DNA of 64,000 bases from Halorutilales archaeon Cl-col2-1 (GTDB lineage: Archaea > Halobacteriota > Halobacteria > Halobacteriales > Afararchaeaceae). How positions within the stretch are numbered: position 1 is the first letter of the stretch; each line of letters opens with the position of its first letter. Made by a program: the position numbers and the translations under genes. The stretch is from positions 1,696,001 through 1,760,000 of the forward strand of contig CP169074.1 of NCBI GenBank assembly GCA_041891055.1, written 5' to 3'. The notes under the pieces are model-generated. The model worked only from the letters and a program-made list of their open reading frames with translations, was not told the DNA's origin and did no database searches. Below, piece after piece: positions 48,612-58,467 of this stretch.

Positions 48612-49835
48612 GTGAACACCTCTGAGGATACTGTCGGAAACGGATATGCCTACTTAGTCCTCGGTCTCGCCGTACTTGCCAACTTCAGCCAGTTCGGAGC
48701 GAGAGTAGTCGTAAGTCCTCTCGTTCCCGACATCATCGCTGACTTCGGAGTCACAAAGTCGGAGGTCGGCTTAGTCCTCACCGGAATCTGGGGGGTCTAC
48801 GCTCTACTACAGTTCCCGAGCGGAATCCTCGCCGACAGGTTCGGCGAAAAGAGGGTGATAGCCACGTCGCTCGTCCTCGTAACCGTAGGAAGCGTAGCCC
48901 TACACATCTCGTCGACTTTCGTCACGTTCGCAGTCTTCGCTCTCTTCCTCGGTGCTGGTGCGGGACTCTACTTCTCGGTGGGGACGTCCCTCCTCACGAA
49001 GATATTCGGTGCATCGGAACGCGGGCAGGCACTCGGTATACATTCGACGGGGGGACCTCTTGCGGGAGTCGTGGCTCCGCCTGTCGGAGCGTACGTTGCG
49101 GCGCGGTACGGCTGGAGGACGGCACTCCTCTTTGGAGGCGTCGTAGCCCTCCCCGTCTTAGTCGGCTTCGTCTACACCGTGCGCCCTGTGTCTAACCCCA
49201 ACTCTGACTCTGTCTCCGAGACTGAGACTCAGAGTATCGAAGCCTCGCCGAGCCTCCTCGAACGTGTCAAGAGCCTTGCGACACGTCCGAGACTCGTCTA
49301 CACGACGTTACTCGGCGTCTCTCTGTCGTTCGCGTGGCAGTCTTTCTCGTCGTTCTTCCCTACCTTCGTCGTCGAGGAGATGGGAGCCACAAAACAGACG
49401 GCTAGCCTCTACTTCGGAGCCGTCTTTCTCCTGACTGCCGTCTTCCTTCCCGTGATGGGAAGACTATCTGACTCGCTCGGACGTGACAGACTTCTCGGCT
49501 TCTCGTTCGTGAGTATGTCTACGGGTATTCTCCTATTCATCGTCGGCGAGGGTACTGTCACGGTCTATGCCGGGATTCTCGTCTTAGGCGTGGGGATGAG
49601 CTGGGGAGGCGTTTTACAGTCGCGCGCTATGGACATCATCTCTGACTCTGAGAGAGGCACGGGTTTCGGTCTCGTGCGTACAGTCTACATGCTGATCGGA
49701 GCCACCGGAAGTGCCGTCACGGGAACCGTAGCCGAGTTCGCGGGATGGGGGGTATCTTGGGGAATAGTCGTGGGTCTGCTTCTCGTCGCTCTACTTAGTC
49801 TCGGGGTCAACAGAACTCTCAGGCTGGGTCTTTAG
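48612..49835 (+). CDS. MFS transporter
   Basis: About 12 TM helices; motif A GILADRFGEK, repeated as GRLSDSLGR. Confidence 0.92.
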   Translation: MNTSEDTVGNGYAYLVLGLAVLANFSQFGARVVVSPLVPDIIADFGVTKSEVGLVLTGIWGVYALLQFPSGILADRFGEKRVIATSLVLVTVGSVALHISSTFVTFAVFALFLGAGAGLYFSVGTSLLTKIFGASERGQALGIHSTGGPLAGVVAPPVGAYVAARYGWRTALLFGGVVALPVLVGFVYTVRPVSNPNSDSVSETETQSIEASPSLLERVKSLATRPRLVYTTLLGVSLSFAWQSFSSFFPTFVVEEMGATKQTASLYFGAVFLLTAVFLPVMGRLSDSLGRDRLLGFSFVSMSTGILLFIVGEGTVTVYAGILVLGVGMSWGGVLQSRAMDIISDSERGTGFGLVRTVYMLIGATGSAVTGTVAEFAGWGVSWGIVVGLLLVALLSLGVNRTLRLGL

Positions 49836-50227
49836 GATCGGTAGATGTAGACAGCCCTTCCCTCGTAGCTCACCAGCTCGAAGCCGTGGCGCGGAGTCTC
49901 GTCGGCTAGCGGAACTACGAGAAGATCCGTCTCGACTGCCTCGGCGACTTCCTTTAGCGCCGAATGTAACTCGTAAGGCGGTCTTACCGAGTAGATCACC
50001 GACGCGTCGTCGTAGACTCTCATATCGGGGTCTGTCACGTCGTCGACGGCGAAGTCGAGCCCGTCGGGAGCTTCGTTTTTGGCTTCGGTGTCGATGTCGG
50101 TGACCGTGACCTCGATACCGTCACACGAGCCGAGATACTCGGCGACTTCGGTCTGTCTTCCGACTCCGACTTCGATTACTTTCCCCGTGTACTTCGACTC
50201 TATGAACTCGGATACTCTCTCCATCAC
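49832..50227 (-). CDS. UPF0146 family protein
   Basis: VIEVGVG, VTDI, DDVTDP..VY..A..IYSVRPPYEL. Confidence 0.88.
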   Translation of the reverse strand: MMERVSEFIESKYTGKVIEVGVGRQTEVAEYLGSCDGIEVTVTDIDTEAKNEAPDGLDFAVDDVTDPDMRVYDDASVIYSVRPPYELHSALKEVAEAVETDLLVVPLADETPRHGFELVSYEGRAVYIYRS

Positions 50228-50301
50228 GTCTCTCTCGGTTATAGGTTTGTTAACTTATCTAAGGGCAGAACTTATTATCTCTTAGGATCTAAATCTCTTC
50301 A

Positions 50302-50823
50302 ATGCGAATCGACGTTGTTCCCGTGGGGAACGTCGAGACGGATCTCCTGGAGGAGTCGCGTGATGTTCTCGAACACATATACGGAACTGACGTTGTTCTG
50401 AGATCGTCTGTCTCGATACCGCCCGACGCGTACGACGAGAAACACGAGCAGTACCACGCCGAGGACTTCATAGACATAGCCACTTCCGCTGGTAACGGCG
50501 ACAAGAACATAGCCGTCACACCCGTCGACATATACTACCGACGCCGCAACTATGTCTTCGGTCTCGCCTACCTCGACGGAAAGGGCTGTGTCGTCTCGAC
50601 CAACCGTCTCAGGATGACAGCAGACGGCGGTGAGCTTGAGAAGCCGAAACAGACAGGTATAGTCGGGGATCGCGTTAGGACTGAGGTCGTCCACGAGATA
50701 GGACACACATTCGGTCTCCAGCACTGTGACGACGAGACGTGTGTGATGAGCTTCTCGCCCACCGTCCGCGAGGTCGACTCGAAGTTCGAGAGACCGTGTC
50801 CGACGTGTGACGCGAAGCTGTGA
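50302..50823 (+). CDS. amzA: Archaemetzincin
   Basis: HEIGHTFGLQHC...CVMSFS...CPTC. Confidence 0.93.
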   Translation: MRIDVVPVGNVETDLLEESRDVLEHIYGTDVVLRSSVSIPPDAYDEKHEQYHAEDFIDIATSAGNGDKNIAVTPVDIYYRRRNYVFGLAYLDGKGCVVSTNRLRMTADGGELEKPKQTGIVGDRVRTEVVHEIGHTFGLQHCDDETCVMSFSPTVREVDSKFERPCPTCDAKL

Positions 50824-51254
50824 CTGTGCCTGTCAGAACGGCGCGTCCCCATGACATAGACGCCCTCATTAGTCTTGAAAATAGCTGTTTCGAGAGTCCC
50901 AATACTCGACTCCTTATACGTCTGTGTGGCTCGTCCGACGGCCTTCTCGTCTACGAGACTGACGGCGATGTCGTCGGATATATACTCGCTGTCCCCATCG
51001 GACGTCGTGACGCACGTGTACTCTCGTTCTGTGTCGACGACGAGTACAGACGTGAGGGATACGGAAGGTCGCTGATGCTCGAAGCCGTGAGACGTCTCCA
51101 CGACAAGGAGTTCGAGAGACTCAGCTTGGAGGTACGTGTCTCGAACTCGCCCGCGATCAGACTCTACGAGGATTTCGGCTTCGTGAGGACAGGAACTGAA
51201 GAAGATTATTACGAGGACGGCGAGGACGCCTACGTGATGGAGAAGTCACTGTAG
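50820..51254 (+). CDS. rimI: RimI/Ard1-family N-acetyltransferase
   Basis: YRREGYG, LEVRVSNSPAIRLY..FGF, YYEDGEDA. Confidence 0.88.
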   Translation: MTVPVRTARPHDIDALISLENSCFESPNTRLLIRLCGSSDGLLVYETDGDVVGYILAVPIGRRDARVLSFCVDDEYRREGYGRSLMLEAVRRLHDKEFERLSLEVRVSNSPAIRLYEDFGFVRTGTEEDYYEDGEDAYVMEKSL

Positions 51255-51321
51255 TGTTATAGTATATAGTAGAATTAGTTAGGTCAGAAAATCCGTTGAC
51301 TGAACTGAGCCGGATTTCGTT

Positions 51322-51594
51322 TCAGTCAGCGTTCTCCTCGGCGAGCTCCTCCATTCGCGCGCCGACACGTCCTGTCTCGGAGAATACGTCCTCTGACATG
51401 GTCTCTGCGAGCTGTTCACCCAGAACGAAGATGGCGTGTTTGTGTTCGGACTTCGACTTGTGAATATGTACGGGGCTCGTACCGAGAGAGTCGTAGTCCT
51501 CGAAGGGATTGCCCTCTACGTTCTCGTTCTCCTCGAAATACTTCCTGACTTCGACCATCAGCGAGTGTAAGTGTATGAGTTCGTCCTTATGCAT
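51322..51594 (-). CDS. UPF0058 family protein
   Basis: MHKDELIHLH, PVHIHKSKSEHKHAIFVLG. Confidence 0.9.
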   Translation of the reverse strand: MHKDELIHLHSLMVEVRKYFEENENVEGNPFEDYDSLGTSPVHIHKSKSEHKHAIFVLGEQLAETMSEDVFSETGRVGARMEELAEENAD

Positions 51595-51686
51595 CTTAAA
51601 TCCACCTTTCTCACTTCTACAAAAGTAGTATAATTACTAAAACGTTACGCAGTGACAAATGTTGACATACGAAGAGTATATAGTCT

Positions 51687-52022
51687 TTATACGATCTGGT
51701 TTTCGTCGTCGACCTTGATGACAGTCGGATCGGGGTCTTCGTCCTCGGCGTAGACGCCGTATGAGATTATTATGACGGTGTCGCCGACCTCTCCGAGACG
51801 TGCCGCCGCGCCGTTAGTACAGATCTCGCCGTCTTCTCCCTCTATGGTGTAGGTCTCGAACCTCTCTCCGTTCGTGACGTTGACGACCTGTACCCTCTCG
51901 TACTCGGAGATTCCCGCGGCTTCGAGTAGGTCTCTGCCTACTGTGATGCTCCCCTCGTACGATAGATCGGTCTCAGTGATCGTGGCGCGGTGTATCTTCG
52001 ATTTGAACTTCTCGACCTGCAT
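51687..52022 (-). CDS. panD: Pyruvoyl-dependent aspartate 1-decarboxylase
   Basis: [16 protein letters not shown] autocleavage site, [23 protein letters not shown]. Confidence 0.95.
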   Translation of the reverse strand: MQVEKFKSKIHRATITETDLSYEGSITVGRDLLEAAGISEYERVQVVNVTNGERFETYTIEGEDGEICTNGAAARLGEVGDTVIIISYGVYAEDEDPDPTVIKVDDENQIV

Positions 52023-52068
52023 CTGTCAGAAAGTAGTTGTTAAGGATTTATCCTCTTTGTTGTTTGCT

Positions 52069-54357
52069 TCAGTTGCCCCTCGCCTCGTCGAGCATTATAC
52101 GTCTCTCGACCCTTGCTGTTCTGTCACGTATCTCGCCGACTGCGTCTATGTTAGCCGAGACGCTCGTGACGCCGTTCTCGATCAGGAACTCGACCATCTC
52201 GGGCTTGCTTCCCGCCTGACCACAGATGCTCGACTTGACGTCGTTTGCGTTACATTTCTCTATGACGTCCTCTATGAGAGACAGGACGGCGGGATGCATC
52301 TCGTCGTAGAGGTGTGCGACGTTCTCGTTGTTCCTGTCGACTGCGAGGGTGTACTGTGTGAGGTCGTTTGTCCCGAAGCTCACGAAGTCTATTCCCTCGT
52401 CTATCACGTCGTCTATCACGAGGGCGCTTGCGGGTGTCTCGACCATCACACCCCACGAGATGTCTTCGAGGTCGAGTCCTGCCCTCTGTATCAGACTCTT
52501 CGCCTCACGTACCTGTGACGCGTCGTGGACGAGGGGAAGCATTATCTCGACGTTGTCGTACCCCATGTCGTAGAGCTTCCTGAATGCACGGAGTTCAAGG
52601 CTGAAGAGGTCGGGCTCATCAAGTGACCTTCTTATTCCGCGGTATCCGAGCATCGGGTTGTGTTCGACGGGCTCCTCGTCTCCTCCTTCTAGGTTCCTGA
52701 ACTCGTCGCTCGGAGCGTCGAGTGTCCTGACACGTACCGGGCGCGGGTAGAATGCATCGGCTACTTCCTGTACCCCCTGTACTATTCGGTCTATGTAGGC
52801 GCGCTCGCCGTTGTCACGTATGTAACGTCCCGGAGTCTTCCCGAGGTTGAGTATCATATGTTCCATCCTCAGGAGACCCACTCCGTCGGCTCCCGTCTCC
52901 GCTGCCCTGTCGGCGGCGTCGGGTATGGAGACGTTAACCTTGACCTCGGTCGCTGTAACGGGCTGGTGGGACGACGGCTCCGTAGTCTCTGTCTCCACAT
53001 GCTTCTCGGCTTCGGTCTCTACTGTCTCACTTCTACCCCTCTTGACTGTACCTTTCTCTCCGTCTATGGTTATTACGTCGCCGTCTTCGAGGACTTCGAG
53101 AGCATTTCCGGTTCCTACGACAGCCGGACTTCCGAGTTCACGTGAGACTATCGCTGCGTGGCTCGTGAGACCCCCCTCGTTAGTCACTATACCGCCCGCG
53201 CGTTTCATCGCGGGAACCATGTCGGGGGTCGTCTGGTGGGCTACGAGTATGTTGTTTTCCTCGACCTTGTCTAGCTCGTCGAGTGTCTCGACTACACGTA
53301 CCTCACCGCTCACGAGACCCGGTGAGACGCCGAGTCCCTCCACGAGAGTCTCAGCCTCTCCCTCGGCTTCTGCCCCTGTCTCGGCAGTCGTCTCTGTCTC
53401 ATCGGACTCGGAGATTGTTGTGATTGGACGTGACTGAAGGACATAAGTCTCACCGTCCTTCATAGCCCACTCGACGTCCTGTGGCTGGTCGTAGTGGTCT
53501 TCGAGGTTCTCACCTATTTCGAGGAGTTCGAGAAGCTCGTCCTCGTCGAGAACCTGTTGGTCACGTTTGTCCTCGGGGACTTCCTCCTCGACTGTCTCCC
53601 CCTGTGCGTTCTTGACATGCATTATTCGTTTCGATGAGACTGTCGTCGAGGTGACATCCTTCGTCTCCCTGTCTATGTTGTACTTGTCGGGCGAGACAGC
53701 GCCGCTGACGACTGACTCGCCGAGACCCCACGCCGCCTCGACCACCATCTGTGGCTCTCCAGTAGAGGGATGAGAGGTAAACATGACCCCACTCTTGTCT
53801 GCGTCTATCATCTCCTGTACTACGACGGCGATGTCTACCTTGTCGTGTGGGAAGCCCTGTTCGTTCCTGTAGTAGATCGCTCTCTGTGTGAAGAGAGAAG
53901 CCCAGCACTCCCTGACGTGTTCGAGGACGTCGTCGCCGCCGTCTATGTTGAGGAAGGTCTCCTGCTGCCCCGCGAACGACGCGTCGGGGAGATCCTCCGC
54001 TGTCGCCGACGAACGTACGGCGGTGAATGCGTCGCCGTCGCCGAGAGAAGAGTAGGCTTCCTTTATGTCGTCCTCCATGTCGTCGGGGACGTCTGCCCCG
54101 AGTATGAGGTCGCGCGCCCTCGACTCCGCCTCTGCGAGAGCCTCGGAGTCGTCGGAGTCTATGTCGACAGCCTCGAAGAGCTCTTCCTCTATTCCTGTCT
54201 CCTGTATGAACCTCCTGTACGCCTGAGCCGTCACCACGAAGCCTCCGGGTACGGGAAGGTCGACCTTGAGCATCTCGCCGAGCGAAGCCGCCTTGCCCCC
54301 TACTTTGTCGAGGTCTTCCTTGCCGACCTCGTCGAGCCACAAGACTGATGGTTTCAT
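52069..54357 (-). CDS. ppsA: Phosphoenolpyruvate synthase
   Basis: VGGKAASLGE, RSSATAEDL..ASFAGQ, TSHAAIVSRE, GVGLLR, GTNDLTQ, SICGQA. Confidence 0.96.
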   Translation of the reverse strand: MKPSVLWLDEVGKEDLDKVGGKAASLGEMLKVDLPVPGGFVVTAQAYRRFIQETGIEEELFEAVDIDSDDSEALAEAESRARDLILGADVPDDMEDDIKEAYSSLGDGDAFTAVRSSATAEDLPDASFAGQQETFLNIDGGDDVLEHVRECWASLFTQRAIYYRNEQGFPHDKVDIAVVVQEMIDADKSGVMFTSHPSTGEPQMVVEAAWGLGESVVSGAVSPDKYNIDRETKDVTSTTVSSKRIMHVKNAQGETVEEEVPEDKRDQQVLDEDELLELLEIGENLEDHYDQPQDVEWAMKDGETYVLQSRPITTISESDETETTAETGAEAEGEAETLVEGLGVSPGLVSGEVRVVETLDELDKVEENNILVAHQTTPDMVPAMKRAGGIVTNEGGLTSHAAIVSRELGSPAVVGTGNALEVLEDGDVITIDGEKGTVKRGRSETVETEAEKHVETETTEPSSHQPVTATEVKVNVSIPDAADRAAETGADGVGLLRMEHMILNLGKTPGRYIRDNGERAYIDRIVQGVQEVADAFYPRPVRVRTLDAPSDEFRNLEGGDEEPVEHNPMLGYRGIRRSLDEPDLFSLELRAFRKLYDMGYDNVEIMLPLVHDASQVREAKSLIQRAGLDLEDISWGVMVETPASALVIDDVIDEGIDFVSFGTNDLTQYTLAVDRNNENVAHLYDEMHPAVLSLIEDVIEKCNANDVKSSICGQAGSKPEMVEFLIENGVTSVSANIDAVGEIRDRTARVERRIMLDEARGN

Positions 54358-54476
54358 TCTTGTTCTAAGAAAGCTTCACGCTGAATATAATGGTTTCGTT
54401 CAGGATGTCTGAGAGTCAGTTATAATAACCTGGGACGCCAACTACCCGCATTAAGAGACCAGACCCTCTTAGGTTC

Positions 54477-55532
54477 GTGGTGAGACGTCTCCCGGTATGG
54501 CTAGTCAGTCTCGGAACCGTAGCTCTCTTCGTATTCTCCGTACAGCTACTCGGTGGCGCGACACAGAGTCTCGCGCCTGTGATAGAGTCTATTCTCGAGG
54601 AGGTTGTGACTGGAGACGGTTCGGCTCTGGGTCTGGGCTGGATAGCCTCCTACCTCATAGCTAACGGCTCCGTCGTCGCGGCTGTCGCAGTCTCGTTCGT
54701 CTCGGTGGATCTACTGACCCCGTCACAGACGTACCTCATGGTGGCAGGTTCGCGTCTTGGCGGCGCGGGTATCGTGATGGTTATAGGTGGAGTGGACTAC
54801 CTGCTTGATAGACAGCATCCCTTCGGAGAGTCGGTCAGCCTCGGAAGCCTGAGCTTCGTTCTGACTTACTCCGTGTATCTCCCCGCGACAGTCCTCGGCT
54901 ACTTAGGCAAAGACAGTCTTTACCCTGTCTTCGAGACCGGAGTCAGTTCGGGATACGCGTATCTGGGAGGAGGTCTCTCTGTGAGTCCTTTTCGGTATCT
55001 CATCCGTCTATCACTCGAATTCTTCGGCGGCTTTGCCTCGGCGGTGCTGGCTGTCTTTCTTCTCTTTGGAAGCCTCAGGATACTCGACAGCCTCTCCGAA
55101 ACTATCGACATAAATCTGTTCCGGAAGAACTACCTCGACCATCTCCGCAACAGATGGCTCTGGCTACTCTTCGGTCTTATTGTGACAGCTGTCACAGCGA
55201 GTGTCGCCTTCTCGATAGGCATAACTGTGCCCTTCTACAACAGAGGCTACGTCAAACGCAAGGAGATGGTACCCTACATACTCGGCGCGAACATCAGCAC
55301 TCTCTTCGACACATTCGTAGCTAGCCTCGCACTCACTTCCCCCAAGGGAACCACCGTCATTGTCTACCTCTTCGCAGTCTCGACAGTCGTCACAGTCGGC
55401 ATACTCGTCTTCTACGACAGTTACTACGCCGGCGTCGAGTACGTACACGACCGTCTCGTCGAGGACACACGGTTCCTCGCGGGCTTCTTAGTCGTGATAC
55501 TCGGTCTGCCTCTCGGTCTCTTACTCGTCTGA
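54477..55532 (+). CDS. Na+/phosphate symporter-like membrane protein
   Basis: Repeated hairpin motifs GSRLG and YILGANIST; many TM helices. Confidence 0.75.
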   Translation: MVRRLPVWLVSLGTVALFVFSVQLLGGATQSLAPVIESILEEVVTGDGSALGLGWIASYLIANGSVVAAVAVSFVSVDLLTPSQTYLMVAGSRLGGAGIVMVIGGVDYLLDRQHPFGESVSLGSLSFVLTYSVYLPATVLGYLGKDSLYPVFETGVSSGYAYLGGGLSVSPFRYLIRLSLEFFGGFASAVLAVFLLFGSLRILDSLSETIDINLFRKNYLDHLRNRWLWLLFGLIVTAVTASVAFSIGITVPFYNRGYVKRKEMVPYILGANISTLFDTFVASLALTSPKGTTVIVYLFAVSTVVTVGILVFYDSYYAGVEYVHDRLVEDTRFLAGFLVVILGLPLGLLLV

Positions 55533-55591
55533 GACTACACGGTACGACATAATCCACATTTTTATGGCTCGTCTCCGCATAGGCGTACCCA

Positions 55592-57667
55592 ATGACCGAA
55601 GACACACCGACTGTAGTCACGTGTGCACTTCCGTATGCCAACGGGAAGGCGCATCTGGGACATCTCCGAACCTACATACCCGGCGACGCTCTCACGCGTT
55701 CACTCCGGAAGCTCGGACGTGACGTCATACTCGTCGGCGGAAGCGACATGCACGGAACCCCGATAGTCGTCAACTCGGAGGAGGAAGGCGTCGAGCCCGA
55801 GGAGTTCGCGATGAGGTACCACGAGTACTTCGAGGAGACATTCCCCGAGATAGGCGTCGAGTTCGACAGCTACGGACACACCAACCAGGACTCCAACATA
55901 AACAGGACACAGGAGATAGTCTCGACACTCCACGACGAGGGATATGTCTACGAGGACACGATGCTCGTGGCGTACGACCCCGAGGAGGACAGGACTCTCC
56001 CCGACAGGTACGTCGAGGGTACGTGTCCCTACTGTGGAGAGGAGGGCGCGAGAGGGGACGAGTGTGATGAATGTGGGCGCCATCTCGAACCCGGCGAGAT
56101 AGAAGATCCAAGATCGACTATAAGCGGAGCGCCGGCGGAGTACGTCGAACAGGAGCACTACTTCTTCGCGCTCTCGGAGTTCAAGGAGTACCTCTCGGGA
56201 TTCATAGAACGGTTAGAGGGCACATCGAACGCACAGAACCAGCCCAAGCAGTGGATCGAGGAGGGTCTCCAGGACTGGTGTATAACACGTGACATGGACT
56301 GGGGAGTACCCTTCCCCGAAGACGGTCATCAATCTTCGATTGATGAGCCTGCTGATCAGAGATCCACAGACGATGACCTCGTTCTCTACGTCTGGGTTGA
56401 CGCTCCGATAGAGTACATCGCATCGACCGAGGAGTGGGCTAAAAACAGAGGAGACGAAGACGCGTGGGAGACCTACTGGAGGGACGATGACTCCGACATA
56501 ATACACGTCATAGGCGGCGACATAATACAGCACCACACCGTCTTCTGGCCTGCGATGCTCCACGGCGCGGGCTACTCGGAGCCCGACGCTATCATGGCTT
56601 CGGGACTCGTCAAGATAAACGACAAGGCGTTCTCGACGTCGCGCGGACGCGCCGTCTGGCTCGACGACGACTACCTCGACGAGGGATTCGATCCTGACCT
56701 CATACGTTACTACATAGTCTCGTACACGGGATTCGAGAACGACCTCAACTTCTCGTGGGATCTCTTCCAGGAGAGGGTCAACAACGAGTTAGTCGGTATA
56801 CTCGGTAACTTCGTCTACAGGTCACTCCTCCTCACGAACGACCATTTCGACGAGGCTCCCGACGGAGAGATAGACGACGAGGTACGTGAGGCTATCGAGG
56901 ACGTCCGTGACCGTTTCGAGGACGCCATAGACGACTACGACCTCAAGGAGTCGGTCGATGCCGCTATGGCACTCGCCGCCTTCGGAAACGAGTACATACA
57001 GAAGAAGGAGCCGTGGCATCTCGTCGACGAAGACCCCGAAGAGGCGGGTGAGGTTCTCTTCAACTGTCTCCAGATATCGAAGGCACTCGGTCTCTTCATA
57101 GAGCCCGTGATGCCGTCTTCCGCCGAGGAGATCTGGGATCAGCTCAGAGAGGACGGCGACGTCCACGACGCCGAGTTCGACCGCGCACTCGAACCAGTCT
57201 CGGGCGAGATAGACGAGCCGCGCCAGCTATTCGAGAAGGTGAGCGACGACAAGGTCGACGAGCTCAAGTCGAGGCTAGACGAGAGGATAGGTGACGAAGA
57301 GGGAGACAAGGAAGACGACGAAGCCGTCGAACTCGAACCAGTCTCCGACGAGACCGTGAGCTTCGACGACTTCAAGAGCCTCGACCTACGTGTCGGAGAG
57401 ATACTCTCCGCCGATCCGATAGAGGACTCCGACAAGCTCGTGAAGCTTCAGGTCGACATAGGGGTCGAGGAGAGACAGTTAGTAGCCGGGGTCAAACAGC
57501 TTCACGACGTCGACGACCTGGAGGGACAGAGGATAATTGTCGTCGCCAACCTCGAACCCACCGAGATATTCGGACACGAGAGTCAGGGTATGCTCTTAGC
57601 GGCGGGCGACGAGGCTGACCTACTCACGACGGTCGGCGACGCAGAGCCCGGCGAGAGGGTGCAGTAG
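55592..57667 (+). CDS. metG: Methionine--tRNA ligase with C-terminal tRNA-binding domain
   Basis: ALPYANGKAHLGH, Zn knuckle CPYC..CDEC, YVWVDAP, FSTSRG, C-terminal ESQGMLLAA. Confidence 0.96.
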   Translation: MTEDTPTVVTCALPYANGKAHLGHLRTYIPGDALTRSLRKLGRDVILVGGSDMHGTPIVVNSEEEGVEPEEFAMRYHEYFEETFPEIGVEFDSYGHTNQDSNINRTQEIVSTLHDEGYVYEDTMLVAYDPEEDRTLPDRYVEGTCPYCGEEGARGDECDECGRHLEPGEIEDPRSTISGAPAEYVEQEHYFFALSEFKEYLSGFIERLEGTSNAQNQPKQWIEEGLQDWCITRDMDWGVPFPEDGHQSSIDEPADQRSTDDDLVLYVWVDAPIEYIASTEEWAKNRGDEDAWETYWRDDDSDIIHVIGGDIIQHHTVFWPAMLHGAGYSEPDAIMASGLVKINDKAFSTSRGRAVWLDDDYLDEGFDPDLIRYYIVSYTGFENDLNFSWDLFQERVNNELVGILGNFVYRSLLLTNDHFDEAPDGEIDDEVREAIEDVRDRFEDAIDDYDLKESVDAAMALAAFGNEYIQKKEPWHLVDEDPEEAGEVLFNCLQISKALGLFIEPVMPSSAEEIWDQLREDGDVHDAEFDRALEPVSGEIDEPRQLFEKVSDDKVDELKSRLDERIGDEEGDKEDDEAVELEPVSDETVSFDDFKSLDLRVGEILSADPIEDSDKLVKLQVDIGVEERQLVAGVKQLHDVDDLEGQRIIVVANLEPTEIFGHESQGMLLAAGDEADLLTTVGDAEPGERVQ
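56324..56371. repeat. In-frame double-hairpin palindromic insertion in metG
   Basis: tcatcaatc-ttc-gattgatga (56326-56346) plus degenerate ctgctgatc-aga-gatccacag; homologous to the ends of the hel308 insert. Confidence 0.8.
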
Positions 57668-57668
57668 G

Positions 57669-58292
57669 TTGCTAGTCTTAGGTGACGCACACGCCGACGA
57701 CCCCGAGAAGAGGCGCGCTCTCCTAGACGCATACGAAAGTACTGACGACGATGTCGCTTTACAGGTCGGCGACCTACTCTACTACGACCTGCCGTACGAC
57801 ACTTATTTTATAGCCGGAAACAACGAGGAGTTCGATGTCATAGACATACTCAGACGCGGCGAGACAGTCGATAATCTGTGTCTCGTGAGCCAGAGACAGA
57901 CTGTCGAGGTCGAGGGTCTGAGGATCGCGGGTCTCTCGGGCAACTACGCCCCCACGAAGTACGCCTCAAAGAGGGACGAACTCGAAGGCGACGACAGACG
58001 CCATTTCACGAGAGGGGAGGTCGAGGCGGCGAAACGTCTCGAAGACGTCGACCTCTTCTTAGCACACGAGGCTCCCCACGGTCTTTTAGAGAAAAACGGC
58101 TACGACGTCGGAAAAACTCCGATAGACGAGATTCTGCGGTCGGTCGAGCCCCAACTGTGTCTCGTGGGACACCACCACAAACACGCCGAGTCAGTCTTCG
58201 GAGAGACACGTGTCGTGAGTCTCGCTCCTGTCTGGGAGTCTTATTACAGACTCGACCCCGAGAGTCTGATACTGAAGGACAAAAGAACGTGA
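57669..58292 (+). CDS. Calcineurin-like metallophosphoesterase
   Basis: GDAH, QVGD, GNNE, AHEAP, GHHH. Confidence 0.88.
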   Translation: MLVLGDAHADDPEKRRALLDAYESTDDDVALQVGDLLYYDLPYDTYFIAGNNEEFDVIDILRRGETVDNLCLVSQRQTVEVEGLRIAGLSGNYAPTKYASKRDELEGDDRRHFTRGEVEAAKRLEDVDLFLAHEAPHGLLEKNGYDVGKTPIDEILRSVEPQLCLVGHHHKHAESVFGETRVVSLAPVWESYYRLDPESLILKDKRT

Positions 58293-58390
58293 ATACGAAC
58301 TCCTCCTATGAGTGGGATACAGAGAATAATACAGGTACGCATCCGACTTCCTTCGAGAAGACTGTATTCAATCTTTATTTATTTTTGTAA

Positions 58391-58433
58391 CAAGATCTTT
58401 GATCTTGCTTACTCACAAAGCTTCGCTTTGTGA
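58391..58433. repeat. Intergenic double-hairpin element between convergent genes (may also act as a terminator)
   Basis: caagatc-ttt-gatcttg and tcacaaagc-ttc-gctttgtga. Confidence 0.7.
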
Positions 58434-58467
58434 ATGTCCTTCAGTATGAGTCTCGAAAGGTTCTGAT

